A DNA stretch of 64,000 bases from Candidatus Udaeobacter sp. (GCA_035473115.1 DATION010000001.1:461-64460), one strand, 5' to 3'. Shown: positions 48,262-58,644, numbered from the stretch's first letter. The notes: a model not told the origin generated them from the sequence alone. Numbers and translations are program-made.

Positions 48262-48612
48262 ATGTCCAGAAGTTTAAAAAAAGGCCCTTATGTTGATCCG
48301 AGAGTATTGAACAAAGTTAAGAATATGAAGGCCGGAGGAAAAAGACAACCGATAAAAACTTGGTCTAGAGCCTGTGTTATTTCTCCGGAAATGGTGGCTC
48401 AAACTTTTTTGGTACATAACGGTAAAGATTTTATTTCCGTTCTGGTTGATGAAAATATGGTTGGCCATCGTTTAGGAGAATTTTCTCCTACCAAGAAGTT
48501 TATCCGCCACGGTGGTAAGATGGCTAAAGAACAAGAGGCAGGCGCCGCTGCCGGCCCAGCAGCCGATGCTGGCAAAGGAGCTGCTGCAGGTAAGGATGAA
48601 AAAAAGAAATAG
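48262..48612 (+). CDS. rpsS: 30S ribosomal protein S19 with an Ala/Gly/Lys-rich C-terminal tail of about 25 aa
   Basis: [12 protein letters not shown]...HNGK S19 core. Confidence 0.9.
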   Translation: MSRSLKKGPYVDPRVLNKVKNMKAGGKRQPIKTWSRACVISPEMVAQTFLVHNGKDFISVLVDENMVGHRLGEFSPTKKFIRHGGKMAKEQEAGAAAGPAADAGKGAAAGKDEKKK

Positions 48613-48631
48613 AGAATTATAACAATAATAT

Positions 48632-49051
48632 ATGCAAGAAGTAACAGCCAAATTAAGATTTCTGAGAATCGGTCCGCGCAAGGTCCGGCTTATTGCTGAT
48701 ATGGTTCGAGGTAAAAAAGTAACCAAAGCCTTGGATATTTTATCGGTAATGCCAAAAAGAGCAGCGCGACCAGTTTTAAAGCTTTTAAATTCTGCTGTTG
48801 CTAATGCTAGACATAATCATTCTTTAGCTGTAGAAGATCTAAAAGTAGCTCAAATTTATGTTGATGGCGGTCCAGTATTAAAGCGTTGGATGCCAAAAGC
48901 GCACGGCCGAGCTACCCCGATTAGAGAAAGAACCAGTCATATCAATTTAGTTTTGGGAACTATGGGTGAGAAAGCTAAAAAAGAAGAACCGGTTGAAACA
49001 ATAAAAACAGTTACTGCTAAACCTAAGAAATCTAAAAAGACAGATAAATAA
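48632..49051 (+). CDS. rplV: 50S ribosomal protein L22
   Basis: L22 family; conserved position after rpsS. Confidence 0.9.
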   Translation: MQEVTAKLRFLRIGPRKVRLIADMVRGKKVTKALDILSVMPKRAARPVLKLLNSAVANARHNHSLAVEDLKVAQIYVDGGPVLKRWMPKAHGRATPIRERTSHINLVLGTMGEKAKKEEPVETIKTVTAKPKKSKKTDK

Positions 49052-49060
49052 TATACTATT

Positions 49061-49810
49061 ATGGGTCATAAAGTTCATCCGAAAATTCACCGCATTCCAA
49101 CCATTTATTCTTGGGACTCAAAATGGTTTGCTAAAAGAAAATCAATGCCTTTATTTTTAGAGCAAGAAGTTGGCATTAGAGATTTTTTAGTAAAAAAATT
49201 AAAGGAATCTTTGATTGATGGCATTAGCGTTGAAAGAACTCCTAAAGATTTGACCGTGTATATTTTATCCGCCAAACCGGGCACTATTATCGGCCGCGGC
49301 GGACAAGGTTTAGAAGATTTACGAAAACATATTGAAAGAAAAATTTTACAACAAAGTTTAAAAGTTAAGATAAATATTTTAGAAGTCCGCAATCCGGCTT
49401 TATCAGCTCAGATCGTGGCAAATAACGCCGCTAATGATATTGAAAAGCGTTTTCCTTTCCGCCGCGTGATGAAACAGTTAATTGAAAGAGTAATGAGTGC
49501 CGGCGCTCAGGGAGTTAAGGTTTGCATGAGCGGCCGTTTGAATGGTGTAGAAATTGCCAGAACTGAAAAATTAAGTGCTGGAAAAATGTCGCTAATTACT
49601 TTACGCAGCGATGTAGATTATGCGATTGCGGAAGCTCATACTTTGTACGGAAAAATCGGCATAAAAGTTTGGATCTATAAAGGAGAAGCTTTTAGCCGCC
49701 GTGATAAATTTGCGCAAAAAGAAGAAGATTCAAAAACAGCTGGAGCTGCTAAAGAGCCGGTAAAACACGAAAGAGCAGTCCGCAAAGCGGTGGCTGTAAA
49801 AGCAAAGTAA
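49061..49810 (+). CDS. rpsC: 30S ribosomal protein S3
   Basis: MGHKVHPKIHRI N-terminus, KH domain. Confidence 0.95.
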   Translation: MGHKVHPKIHRIPTIYSWDSKWFAKRKSMPLFLEQEVGIRDFLVKKLKESLIDGISVERTPKDLTVYILSAKPGTIIGRGGQGLEDLRKHIERKILQQSLKVKINILEVRNPALSAQIVANNAANDIEKRFPFRRVMKQLIERVMSAGAQGVKVCMSGRLNGVEIARTEKLSAGKMSLITLRSDVDYAIAEAHTLYGKIGIKVWIYKGEAFSRRDKFAQKEEDSKTAGAAKEPVKHERAVRKAVAVKAK

Positions 49811-49819
49811 AATAATTTT

Positions 49820-50233
49820 ATGTTGTTACCAAAAAAAGTATTACATAGAAAATGGCATAAGGGCCGACGCAGACAGTTGGGTGTAGCTACTCGTTCTAAT
49901 TTTGTCGCTTTTGGCGATTACGGAATTAAAAGCCAAGAGCACGGATGGATCAGCAGCCGCCAAATTGAAGCTGCTCGCCGAGTACTCACTCGTTATGTAA
50001 AAAAGGGTGGAAAGATTTGGATCCGCGTGTTTCCAGATAAGCCAATTACTAAAAAAGGCAATGAAACCCCGATGGGTGGAGGAAAAGGTTCTCCAGATCA
50101 TTATGTAACAGTAGTTAAGCCGGGTACAGTAATGTTTGAAATGGGTGGTCTACCGGAAGAAACTGCCAAAGAAGCCATCAGATTAGCCGCTTTCAAGATC
50201 GGAGTTCGTACTAAATTTGTTACTAAACACTAG
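49820..50233 (+). CDS. rplP: 50S ribosomal protein L16
   Basis: [16 protein letters not shown]. Confidence 0.95.
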   Translation: MLLPKKVLHRKWHKGRRRQLGVATRSNFVAFGDYGIKSQEHGWISSRQIEAARRVLTRYVKKGGKIWIRVFPDKPITKKGNETPMGGGKGSPDHYVTVVKPGTVMFEMGGLPEETAKEAIRLAAFKIGVRTKFVTKH

Positions 50234-50234
50234 T

Positions 50235-50459
50235 ATGCAATGGGAAGATTTAAAAAATAAAAGTGTCGCCGAGCTAAAAGAATTGTTGTCTGAAAACAGA
50301 CAGGAATTGCAGAATTTGTATTTTCAAGCTCATGGCCGACAGTTAAAGCAAGTGCATAAGATTGGCTCAATTAAAAAAGTGATTGCGCAAGTTTCTATGC
50401 TTTTACAGCAAGCTCAAAAGAGTTTGGTTAGCAAACAAGAAGTAAAGCCACGTAAATAA
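50235..50459 (+). CDS. rpmC: 50S ribosomal protein L29
   Basis: Start at the internal ATG (MQWEDLKNKSVAELKELL). Confidence 0.85.
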   Translation: MQWEDLKNKSVAELKELLSENRQELQNLYFQAHGRQLKQVHKIGSIKKVIAQVSMLLQQAQKSLVSKQEVKPRK

Positions 50460-50542
50460 TTTTAATATATGAGAAGCATATATTCTCATTCACTCGGAAA
50501 TAGTTAAATAAATTTAACAATTTCACTCAATTCATTTCGAAT

Positions 50543-50803
50543 ATGGAAACAAAACAACCTAGTTTGAATAAAAGAAAATTTGAAGGAGAAGTAGTCTCCG
50601 TCGCCATGAGCAAAACCGTGGTTGTTCGAGTTGAAACTCTTAAAATGAATTCAAAGTACGGCAAGAGCTATAAAGTAAGCAGCCGCTACCCTGTACATGA
50701 TGAAAAAGGTGAAGCCAAATTAGGAGATAAGGTTGTATTTGTAGAATCCCGCCCAATTTCAAAAACAAAAAAATGGAGATTAGTAGAGGTTATTAAAAAG
50801 TAA
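50543..50803 (+). CDS. rpsQ: 30S ribosomal protein S17
   Basis: S17 OB-fold sequence. Confidence 0.9.
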   Translation: METKQPSLNKRKFEGEVVSVAMSKTVVVRVETLKMNSKYGKSYKVSSRYPVHDEKGEAKLGDKVVFVESRPISKTKKWRLVEVIKK

Positions 50804-50812
50804 TTACAGAAT

Positions 50813-51184
50813 ATGATTCAACATCGCTCAATGTTACAAGTCGCAGATAATACTGGTGCAAAGAAATTACAATGCATCCGTGTTTTGGGTGGCTACAAGA
50901 AGAGATATGCCCGTCTTGGCGATATTGTTACTTGTTCTGTAAAAGAAGCTGCGCCTCACGGTTTGGTAAAGAAAGGTGAAGTTGTTCATGTGGTTCTGGT
51001 AAGAATACATAAGGAAACCCGCAGACCAGACGGCACTTATATTCGTTTTGATGACAATGCCGGTGTAATTATTGATAGAAAATCAAAAGAACCAAAAGGT
51101 ACCCGTATTTTGGGCCCGGTATCCAGAGAATTACGCACTATGGGATTTCAAAAAATTATTTCTTTAGCGCCGGAAGTGCTGTAA
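50813..51184 (+). CDS. rplN: 50S ribosomal protein L14
   Basis: [17 protein letters not shown]. Confidence 0.95.
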   Translation: MIQHRSMLQVADNTGAKKLQCIRVLGGYKKRYARLGDIVTCSVKEAAPHGLVKKGEVVHVVLVRIHKETRRPDGTYIRFDDNAGVIIDRKSKEPKGTRILGPVSRELRTMGFQKIISLAPEVL

Positions 51185-51196
51185 ATTGTAAATATT

Positions 51197-51505
51197 ATGA
51201 AAATCAAATTAAAAGATAAAGTAAAGGTAACTAGTGGAAAATATGCTGGCAAGGTTGGTCCAATTGTTCAGGTTTTTCCAAAAGAAGAGAAAGTAGTTGT
51301 TGAAGGTGTTAATATCATGAAGAAAAATTTAAAATCTGGCAAGAAAGGCGAAAAAGGCCAGTTGATAGAATTAGCCGCTCCGATGCACGTAAGCAAAGTA
51401 GCTTTGATTTGTCCAAAATGCAATTTAGAAACCAGAGTTGGTTATAAAATAGAAGGAAAAGACAAAAAGAGAATTTGCCGAAAATGTAAAGAAATAATTG
51501 ATTAG
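51197..51505 (+). CDS. rplX: 50S ribosomal protein L24 (with CPKC...CRKC zinc-ribbon tail)
   Basis: KOW motif. C-terminal CxxC pair. Confidence 0.9.
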   Translation: MKIKLKDKVKVTSGKYAGKVGPIVQVFPKEEKVVVEGVNIMKKNLKSGKKGEKGQLIELAAPMHVSKVALICPKCNLETRVGYKIEGKDKKRICRKCKEIID

Positions 51506-51515
51506 CAATCATTGT

Positions 51516-52058
51516 ATGAAAGTAAACTTATACGAAAAATATAAAAAAGAAATAGTTCCTGCTTTGCAAAAAGAGTTGGGCTATAAAAACATAATGCAAG
51601 TGCCAAAGATCAAGAAGGTTGTTATTAATGCCGGTATCGGCCGTTTTGTGAAAGAGCCTCGTTATATTGATAACGTAGAAAACACTTTAAGCAAAATTAC
51701 CGGTCAAAAGCCAATGCGCACAAAATCCAAGAAATCAATTTCCAATTTTAAAATTCGTGAAGGCATGGAAATTGGTGTCGCTGTCACTTTGCGCGGCGCC
51801 AGAATGTATCAGTTCTTAGAAAAACTTGTTTCTATTACCTTGCCTCGCGTTCGCGATTTTAGAGGTTTATCCGAAAAAAGTTTTGATAAAAACGGCAATT
51901 ACACAATCGGTTTTAAAGAAAATTTAGCTTTCCCGGAAATTAAAGCGGAAGAGCTGGAAAAAATTCATGGTTTACAAATTATTATAAATACCAGTGTAAA
52001 TAATAAAGCGGAAGGAAAAGCTTTGCTAACTCATATGGGCTTTCCCTTTGTTAAATAA
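51516..52058 (+). CDS. rplE: 50S ribosomal protein L5
   Basis: Start at the internal ATG (MKVNLYEKYKKEIVP). Confidence 0.9.
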   Translation: MKVNLYEKYKKEIVPALQKELGYKNIMQVPKIKKVVINAGIGRFVKEPRYIDNVENTLSKITGQKPMRTKSKKSISNFKIREGMEIGVAVTLRGARMYQFLEKLVSITLPRVRDFRGLSEKSFDKNGNYTIGFKENLAFPEIKAEELEKIHGLQIIINTSVNNKAEGKALLTHMGFPFVK

Positions 52059-52061
52059 TTT

Positions 52062-52247
52062 ATGGCTACCCAATCACAAATCGCAAAATCAAACAGAAAA
52101 CCAAAGTTTACCACTAGAATCGTTAGACGCTGCTGGAAATGCGGCCGTAACAGAGGCTATATGGGCGAGTTTGGATTGTGCAGAATTTGTTTCCGCGAAC
52201 TAGCTAATCAGGGCAAGATTCCAGGAATCAGAAAAGCTAGCTGGTAA
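52062..52247 (+). CDS. rpsZ: 30S ribosomal protein S14 type Z (zinc-binding)
   Basis: 61 aa, CWKC...CRIC. Confidence 0.9.
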   Translation: MATQSQIAKSNRKPKFTTRIVRRCWKCGRNRGYMGEFGLCRICFRELANQGKIPGIRKASW

Positions 52248-52330
52248 TTTAAAATTTTATTTAATAAGTTAATAACTAATAAGACTACACCTGCCTGCCG
52301 GTAGGCAGGAGCTAATAAGCTAATATCTCT

Positions 52331-52720
52331 ATGATGACGGATCCAATCGCTGACATGTTAACTAGAATACGCAATGCCTCCTTGATATATAAGAAAGAGG
52401 TGTCTCTTCCTTATTCTAAGATAAAGCTGGGTATTGCCAATATTTTGGTTAAGCACGGATATTTGGAAAAAGCGGAAGAAAAGAAAGATATTCATCCTTA
52501 TATTTTGTTGACCTTAAAATTCAACAGCGGCATGCCGGCTATAACCGAAATTAAGAGAATTAGTAAACCTGGTCATAGAAAATATATCAAGAAGGATGAT
52601 ATTGATGCTGTTTTGAGTGGATTTGGCGTAGCGATTTTATCAACTCCTAAAGGATTGCTTACTAATGATGAAGCCAGAAAGCAGCAAGTAGGAGGAGAGT
52701 TAATTTGCGAGGTATATTAA
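52331..52720 (+). CDS. rpsH: 30S ribosomal protein S8
   Basis: MMTDPIADMLTRIRNA. Preceded by a CCTGCC...GGCAGG hairpin in an 83-nt spacer. Confidence 0.9.
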   Translation: MMTDPIADMLTRIRNASLIYKKEVSLPYSKIKLGIANILVKHGYLEKAEEKKDIHPYILLTLKFNSGMPAITEIKRISKPGHRKYIKKDDIDAVLSGFGVAILSTPKGLLTNDEARKQQVGGELICEVY

Positions 52721-52748
52721 TCTTTGATGAAGTGATAAAATAAACTAT

Positions 52749-53300
52749 ATGTCCAGAATAGGTAAAAAAAATATAACTATCCCAGCCGGTGTTACCGCTG
52801 GAGTAGAAAAAAACGAAGTTTATGTTAAGGGTCCAAAGGGCGAATTAAGATTGGCTTTGCATCCTAGAGTTACGGTTGCTTTTGAACAAAATGTAATTAC
52901 TGTTTCTGTAATCAGCGAAAACAACAAGCAGGATCGTTCTCTATGGGGAACTTTTTCCAGCTTGATTGCCAGTATGGTAAAGGGTGTTACCGAAGGATTT
53001 AAAAAACAATTGGAAATAAACGGAGTTGGTTATAAAGCCGGCATGAAAGGAACTAACCTTATTTTGGAAGTTGGTTTTTCTCACCCGGTAGAAGTTAAAC
53101 CAGTAGCCGGAGTAAAATTTGCGGTAGAAAAAAATGTCATTACAGTTGAAGGAGCCGACAAACAGCTGGTTGGTGAGATGGCCGCTCAGATTAGAAAAGT
53201 GAAAAAACCAGAACCTTATAAAGGCAAAGGTATTAAATATATAACCGAAGTTGTGCGTCGCAAAGCTGGTAAGACAGCTGCTAAGGGCGCTGCGGCTTAA
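52749..53300 (+). CDS. rplF: 50S ribosomal protein L6
   Basis: L6 family; conserved position after rpsH. Confidence 0.9.
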   Translation: MSRIGKKNITIPAGVTAGVEKNEVYVKGPKGELRLALHPRVTVAFEQNVITVSVISENNKQDRSLWGTFSSLIASMVKGVTEGFKKQLEINGVGYKAGMKGTNLILEVGFSHPVEVKPVAGVKFAVEKNVITVEGADKQLVGEMAAQIRKVKKPEPYKGKGIKYITEVVRRKAGKTAAKGAAA

Positions 53301-53314
53301 AATTATCCACTTAT

Positions 53315-53689
53315 ATGAAAAGATTGTTTAATAAAAACAAAAGCACCTTGCGTCAAATTAGACATATTCGGGTTCGCAAAACTTTGATTGGCACAGCCGC
53401 TGAACCAAGACTGTCTGTTTTTCGCAGTTTAAAAGGCATGACTGTTCAGTTGATTGATGATAACACTGGCAAGACTTTGTGCGCCGCCAATGCTCAGGAA
53501 ATAAAAGAAAAGAAATCAGCTGATAAAACTCATAAAGTAGCGGTCAGTTATTTGTTGGGTAAATTATTGGCTGAAAAAGCAAAAACTAAAGGAATTAGTC
53601 AGGTAAAGTTTGATCGCGGCGGTTATAAATATCATGGACGCGTAAAAGCTTTGGCTGATGGCGCTCGTGAAGGCGGTTTAGTTTTTTAA
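53315..53689 (+). CDS. rplR: 50S ribosomal protein L18
   Basis: L18 family; conserved position after rplF. Confidence 0.9.
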   Translation: MKRLFNKNKSTLRQIRHIRVRKTLIGTAAEPRLSVFRSLKGMTVQLIDDNTGKTLCAANAQEIKEKKSADKTHKVAVSYLLGKLLAEKAKTKGISQVKFDRGGYKYHGRVKALADGAREGGLVF

Positions 53690-53712
53690 ACTAATATTAA
53701 GCAATTTGTAGT

Positions 53713-54198
53713 ATGAGTAAACCAATGGGAAGAAGAAATGATAAGCCGAAAGAAAAACCTGAATTTGATCAGTATGTTTTAGATTTGGCTCGTGTTACCA
53801 GAGTAACTAAGGGCGGAAAGCATATGAGTTTCCGCGCTTGTATTATTTTAGGTGATCGTCGCGGCCGAGTTGGCTTTGGTTTAGCCAAAGGAAAAGATGT
53901 GCAGATCGGTGTAGAAAAAGCTGTTCATCAAGCCAAAAAGCATATGATCACAGTACCGATTGTGAATGGAACTATTCCTCATGCTATTATTTACAAATTT
54001 AAAGCAGCTACTGTATTTTTGAAGCCAGCGCCGCAAGGATCCGGTATTATTGCCGGCGGAGCTGTTCGCGCTATGTTGGAATTAGCCGGCATACCAAATG
54101 TCTCTTCTAAAATTTTAGGTAAAACAAAAAATAAAGTTACTATTGTTAAAGCCGCTTTCAACGCTTTGCAATTATTTAAAAAAGGATCAGAAAAATAG
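53713..54198 (+). CDS. rpsE: 30S ribosomal protein S5
   Basis: S5 family; conserved position after rplR. Confidence 0.9.
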   Translation: MSKPMGRRNDKPKEKPEFDQYVLDLARVTRVTKGGKHMSFRACIILGDRRGRVGFGLAKGKDVQIGVEKAVHQAKKHMITVPIVNGTIPHAIIYKFKAATVFLKPAPQGSGIIAGGAVRAMLELAGIPNVSSKILGKTKNKVTIVKAAFNALQLFKKGSEK

Positions 54199-54233
54199 AT
54201 TGTTTATAGCGTACCGTTTAATTAAAAATTCTT

Positions 54234-54674
54234 ATGACTCTACACGTACACACAATTAAACCGGCCAAAGGCTCAAAAAAACCAAAGAAAATTTTGGGCA
54301 GAGGCAACGCGTCTGGACACGGTACTACCGCCACTAGAGGTGGAAAGGGTCAAACCGCCAGATCCGGAGGCAGCCAGGGAACTCGCCGCCGCGGTTTTAA
54401 ATTCCAATTGCAATCAACTCCAAAATTACGCGGCTTTACCAGCTTAGAGAACAAGCCGGCCGAAGTATACTTAACCGACTTAGAACAGTCTTTTCAAGCC
54501 GGTGAAGTTGTCAATTTAGCTTCCTTAAAAGAAAAGAAATTGATCAGCGCCAGAGCCAAAGCAGCCAAAATTTTGTCAACCGGAGAAATAACTAAAAAAT
54601 TGGTTATTGAAGGAGTTGCTAGTTCTGCTAGCGCTGCCGACAAAATTAAAGCTGTAGGCGGAGAAATAAAATAG
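54234..54674 (+). CDS. rplO: 50S ribosomal protein L15 (follows S5 directly; no L30 gene)
   Basis: Gly/Arg-rich L15 N-terminus. Only 35 nt separate it from rpsE. Confidence 0.9.
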   Translation: MTLHVHTIKPAKGSKKPKKILGRGNASGHGTTATRGGKGQTARSGGSQGTRRRGFKFQLQSTPKLRGFTSLENKPAEVYLTDLEQSFQAGEVVNLASLKEKKLISARAKAAKILSTGEITKKLVIEGVASSASAADKIKAVGGEIK

Positions 54675-54703
54675 CTTTCTTAATTAGCTGTTAATCCTTT
54701 ACT

Positions 54704-55978
54704 ATGTTGGAAAAATTGCAGCAAGTTTGGGGGATAAAAGAGATTAGAAATAAAATTTTGTATGTACTGGGAATGCTGGTAATTTTTAGATTAACCGCTC
54801 ATATTCCTATTCCTGGAATTAACTTAAATAATTTACGACAATTTTTGGCTGGTAATCAGATATTCGGTTTGTTAGATGTTTTTTCCGGCGGCACAATGAA
54901 GAATTTTTCCATCGTCATGTTAGGTGTCGGTCCATATATTACTTCTTCCATTATATTTCAATTGTTAGCCATGATTGTACCAAAATTAGAGGAGCTCTCT
55001 AAAGAAGGCGAGTCAGGACAGCAAAAAATAAATACTTACACCAGATTGCTTACCGTACCATTGGCATTTTTACAGTCTTACGGCACTATAAAATTATTAA
55101 ATAGATCATCTTTGCCAATTATTACCGATTTGTCAGCATTCCGCTTAATCGCGATCATGATGACTATCACTGCCGGCACAATGTTTTTAATGTGGATCGG
55201 TGAGCTTATTTCTGAACAGAAAGTCGGCAACGGTGTTTCCCTTTTGATCTTTGCCGGTATTGCTGCCAGTTTGCCAGGTGGTTTGCGCAATCTTTTGTTG
55301 AATTATAATTCAGCTGATTTCTTTACCTTTGTTTTATTTGCCGGCGTGGCTATTTTAACAATAGTGGGAGTTGTATTTATCAATGAAGGCCAGAGAAATA
55401 TTCCGGTAAATTACGCCAAACAAGTCAGAGGCAATCACATCCAAGGCGGTGGCAGTACTCATTTGCCATTACGCGTAAATATGTCCGGTGTTATACCTAT
55501 CATCTTCGCCATTTCTTTGATTTTATTTCCATCACTGATCGCTCAATTTTTTACTCAAGCTAGAACTCCTTGGTTGGCAAATTTGGCGGTTCATGTTATT
55601 AGTTTGTTCCAGAATCAGTTATTCTATGGAATACTGTACTTCTTGTTAGTGTTTGGCTTTACTTATTTTTATACCGCCGTCATCTTCCATCCGCAAAAAA
55701 TGGCCGAGAATTTACAGAAACAGGGCGGTTTTATTCCTGGTATTCGTCCGGGTACAGAAACCGAAAAGTATCTTGGTCAAACCATGAATAGAATTAATCT
55801 TACTGGCGCATTATTTTTGGGGGTTATCGCTATCTTGCCATTACTGGTTCAATATTTTATGGGTACCAAAAGTTTGGCTATTGGTGGTACCAGCTTACTA
55901 ATCGTAGTATCGGTTGCCATAGAAACAGCTAAACAGATAGATGCTCAGATAACAATGCATGCTTACGATACGGTCTAG
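54704..55978 (+). CDS. secY: Preprotein translocase SecY
   Basis: Ten TM helices, SecY family sequence. Confidence 0.95.
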   Translation: MLEKLQQVWGIKEIRNKILYVLGMLVIFRLTAHIPIPGINLNNLRQFLAGNQIFGLLDVFSGGTMKNFSIVMLGVGPYITSSIIFQLLAMIVPKLEELSKEGESGQQKINTYTRLLTVPLAFLQSYGTIKLLNRSSLPIITDLSAFRLIAIMMTITAGTMFLMWIGELISEQKVGNGVSLLIFAGIAASLPGGLRNLLLNYNSADFFTFVLFAGVAILTIVGVVFINEGQRNIPVNYAKQVRGNHIQGGGSTHLPLRVNMSGVIPIIFAISLILFPSLIAQFFTQARTPWLANLAVHVISLFQNQLFYGILYFLLVFGFTYFYTAVIFHPQKMAENLQKQGGFIPGIRPGTETEKYLGQTMNRINLTGALFLGVIAILPLLVQYFMGTKSLAIGGTSLLIVVSVAIETAKQIDAQITMHAYDTV

Positions 55979-56106
55979 TGTAGATTTTCATTTCTCTCGC
56001 TTTATGATGCAAAATAAAAAAATTACAACTTGGTCTGGCTTTACTTCTTCTGCCTTTTCGTTCCGATCGAGAGGGTAGGCTTTGAAATTCTTCAAGTCTT
56101 CGAAAT

Positions 56107-56131
56107 CTGCCCTGCTCGGGCGGATTTTTTG
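56107..56131 (+). terminator. Terminator after secY
   Basis: CTGCCC-TGCTC-GGGCGG followed by ATTTTTTG. Confidence 0.55.
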
Positions 56132-56156
56132 TTACCAACAACCAAAGAGGTGTGTC

Positions 56157-56933
56157 ATGCCAGATATGCTATCTCTCACTGATTATAGATGGACTAGCAG
56201 AGATTTTAGTTGGGTATTTGAGTTTTTGCCTGGGTCTCCAGTAATTATGACTGTACCGCACGATCGGGGTTTTTCTCATTTTGATTTGCTTGGTTTTCTA
56301 GAACCTAGAAAAGATGGTGTTAAAGGTAGAGATAAGCATGTTTGGCCAATAGCAAAAGATATAATGTCAAAATTTGGTATTAATGCTGTGCGAGGACTTT
56401 TTCCACGTCATTTTATAGATTATAATCGTTCCCCACAAGGTATTAATTATTACCCACTTTCGCAAAAGAAAGCGCAAACTGCTTTTGATGACGAGTCATT
56501 ACAGCCGATTTATGATGTTTATCATGAAGCAGTGGCTGATCTTATTATGAAATCTATATTAAAGTATGGAAAAGAAAGATGCTTGCTAATTGATCTGCAT
56601 GGGTTTACTACTCAGCCTCCATATGGAGATTATGATCTTATTTTTGGAACTGGCAATCGAGTTACCATTAATAATTCAAGTATCGATCAGCTGCTAGCTG
56701 ATTTCTTTTCAGCTCGAGGTTATAAGGTTTTTTTGCCTTTGCCAGCCTCTATGGGGCCTCTAGAGGATTGGTATAGTGCAGACTTTACAACTCGGCATTA
56801 TGCGCAAAGATTTGGTATTGATGCTATCCAAATTGAGGTAGCTAAAAGATTTAGAACAGAAGAGGGGGTAGATGCCGGTCGAAGATTATCAGTTGATTTT
56901 GCTGAGTTTTTTAGGTCTAATTTTAATCTATAA
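56157..56933 (+). CDS. Putative N-formylglutamate amidohydrolase-like zinc hydrolase
   Basis: Start at MPDMLSL; the ORF-track start overlaps the terminator. CLLIDLHG resembles the metal-binding motif of the FGase/AstE-AspA-like fold. Low confidence. Confidence 0.35.
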   Translation: MPDMLSLTDYRWTSRDFSWVFEFLPGSPVIMTVPHDRGFSHFDLLGFLEPRKDGVKGRDKHVWPIAKDIMSKFGINAVRGLFPRHFIDYNRSPQGINYYPLSQKKAQTAFDDESLQPIYDVYHEAVADLIMKSILKYGKERCLLIDLHGFTTQPPYGDYDLIFGTGNRVTINNSSIDQLLADFFSARGYKVFLPLPASMGPLEDWYSADFTTRHYAQRFGIDAIQIEVAKRFRTEEGVDAGRRLSVDFAEFFRSNFNL

Positions 56934-57170
56934 ATTGTTCTTTTATTTAATTAGGTCCAATGTTAGTAATCCATTGGACCTTCTAGTTGATTTTTAGGTA
57001 GTAACATCAAAAGCATGAGGGGGATTGAAAAAAGTTTGGTAAAATGTTAGTATAGCAAGCGCTATTATTTGTTTTTATATAGATTTATTATATGGGCTAA
57101 AAAGCCCATATAAACTTATTCGTTCGAAAATATCTTGGCAAGCCAGATATTTCCCTCACTCATTTCGTTT

Positions 57171-57833
57171 ATGAAAAAGATAATTATCATGATTGGTCCG
57201 CCCGGTTCTGGCAAGGGAACTCAGGCTAAAAAGATTGCTGCTAAGTATGGCTATCAGCATATTTCTACCGGTGATTTATTGCGCGCTTTGACCAAAAAAA
57301 CCGATCTCAGTGCCTTGGAAAAAGAAGCTGCCGACAAGATGAAATCAGGAGAACTTGTATCTGATAGTTTGATTTATAAATTAGCTTTCAGCGAGATTGA
57401 AAAAAGTTTAGCTAAAGGAATGGGAGTAGTGCTGGATGGAGCAATCCGCAATTTAGAGCAGGCGCAAAATTTTCAAAATTTTTTTAAAGAAAAAGATTTG
57501 AGTGAAGAAGTTTTAGCTTTAGAAATTAGTTTAAGTGATGAAGATTCTTTTAATAGACTAACTAAGCGTCGCATTTGTACAGCTTGCGGAGAAATAGTTC
57601 CTTGGCTGCCTAGTACAGAAAGTTTAACAGCTTGTCCAAAATGCGGAGGAAAATTAGAGACCAGACATGATGATGATCCAAAAGTTATCAAAGAAAGAAT
57701 TAAAAAACAAGGCAACGATGCTCTGAGTCCGATAATAAATTTTTATCAGGATTTAGGCGTATTAAAAAAAGTTGATGGCAACCAAACGATTGAAGATGTA
57801 GAAAAGGGTATTACGGATATTTTACAATTTTAA
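57171..57833 (+). CDS. adk: Adenylate kinase (with zinc-ribbon lid)
   Basis: GPPGSGKGTQA. LID has CTACGE...CPKCGG. Start at the internal ATG. Confidence 0.9.
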   Translation: MKKIIIMIGPPGSGKGTQAKKIAAKYGYQHISTGDLLRALTKKTDLSALEKEAADKMKSGELVSDSLIYKLAFSEIEKSLAKGMGVVLDGAIRNLEQAQNFQNFFKEKDLSEEVLALEISLSDEDSFNRLTKRRICTACGEIVPWLPSTESLTACPKCGGKLETRHDDDPKVIKERIKKQGNDALSPIINFYQDLGVLKKVDGNQTIEDVEKGITDILQF

Positions 57834-57837
57834 ATTT

Positions 57838-58644
57838 ATGTTAATAAAAACCCCTCAGGAAATAAAATTAATAAAAGAAGGCGGCCAAATTATGGGCCGT
57901 ATTTTGGATGATTTGGCAAAAATGGTCCGACCGGGGATGTCTACTTGGGAAGTAGATCAAGCGGCTGAAAAAATGATTATTGAAGCTGGCGGTCGGCCAG
58001 CGTTTAAGGGTTATAAAAGCAGACCATCAGATGTTCCTTTTCCAAGCACAATTTGCGCCTCAGTGAATGAAGAGTTGGTGCATGGTATTGCCAAAAAAGA
58101 TAAAATTTTAAAAAATGGCGATATTTTTACAATTGATATTGGTATGGAGTGGCCGTACAAAGGTAAAAAAGAAGCCGAAGGTTATTATACTGATACTGCC
58201 CTGACAATTCCAATTGGCAAAGTTGCGCCCAAAACAATGGAACTTTTACAGGTTACGCATGACTCTTTAGAAGCCGGAATTAAAGCTATTAAACCGGGCA
58301 ATACTATTGCTGATATAGGCAAGGCGATTGAAGATTATATTAAATCTCATGGTAAATATGGTATTGTGAGAGATTTGGTTGGTCATGGTGTTGGCCACGC
58401 GGTTCATGAAGAGCCAAGGATACCAAATTTTTATGATCGAAGTTTGGACTATATTGTTATTAAACCGGGAATGGTTTTGGCTATTGAACCAATGGTTTCT
58501 TTGGGCGGCTGGAGAGTAGTAACCGCTAATGATGGCTGGACAATTTCTATGGCTGATAACTCTTTGTCAGCTCACTTTGAGCATACAATTGTGGTAACAA
58601 AAAGCGGCAATGTGGTGGTTACCAGAAGACCGAGCGAATTATAA
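57838..58644 (+). CDS. map: Methionine aminopeptidase type I
   Basis: 268 aa. Pita-bread fold with conserved metal-ligand residues. Confidence 0.9.
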   Translation: MLIKTPQEIKLIKEGGQIMGRILDDLAKMVRPGMSTWEVDQAAEKMIIEAGGRPAFKGYKSRPSDVPFPSTICASVNEELVHGIAKKDKILKNGDIFTIDIGMEWPYKGKKEAEGYYTDTALTIPIGKVAPKTMELLQVTHDSLEAGIKAIKPGNTIADIGKAIEDYIKSHGKYGIVRDLVGHGVGHAVHEEPRIPNFYDRSLDYIVIKPGMVLAIEPMVSLGGWRVVTANDGWTISMADNSLSAHFEHTIVVTKSGNVVVTRRPSEL

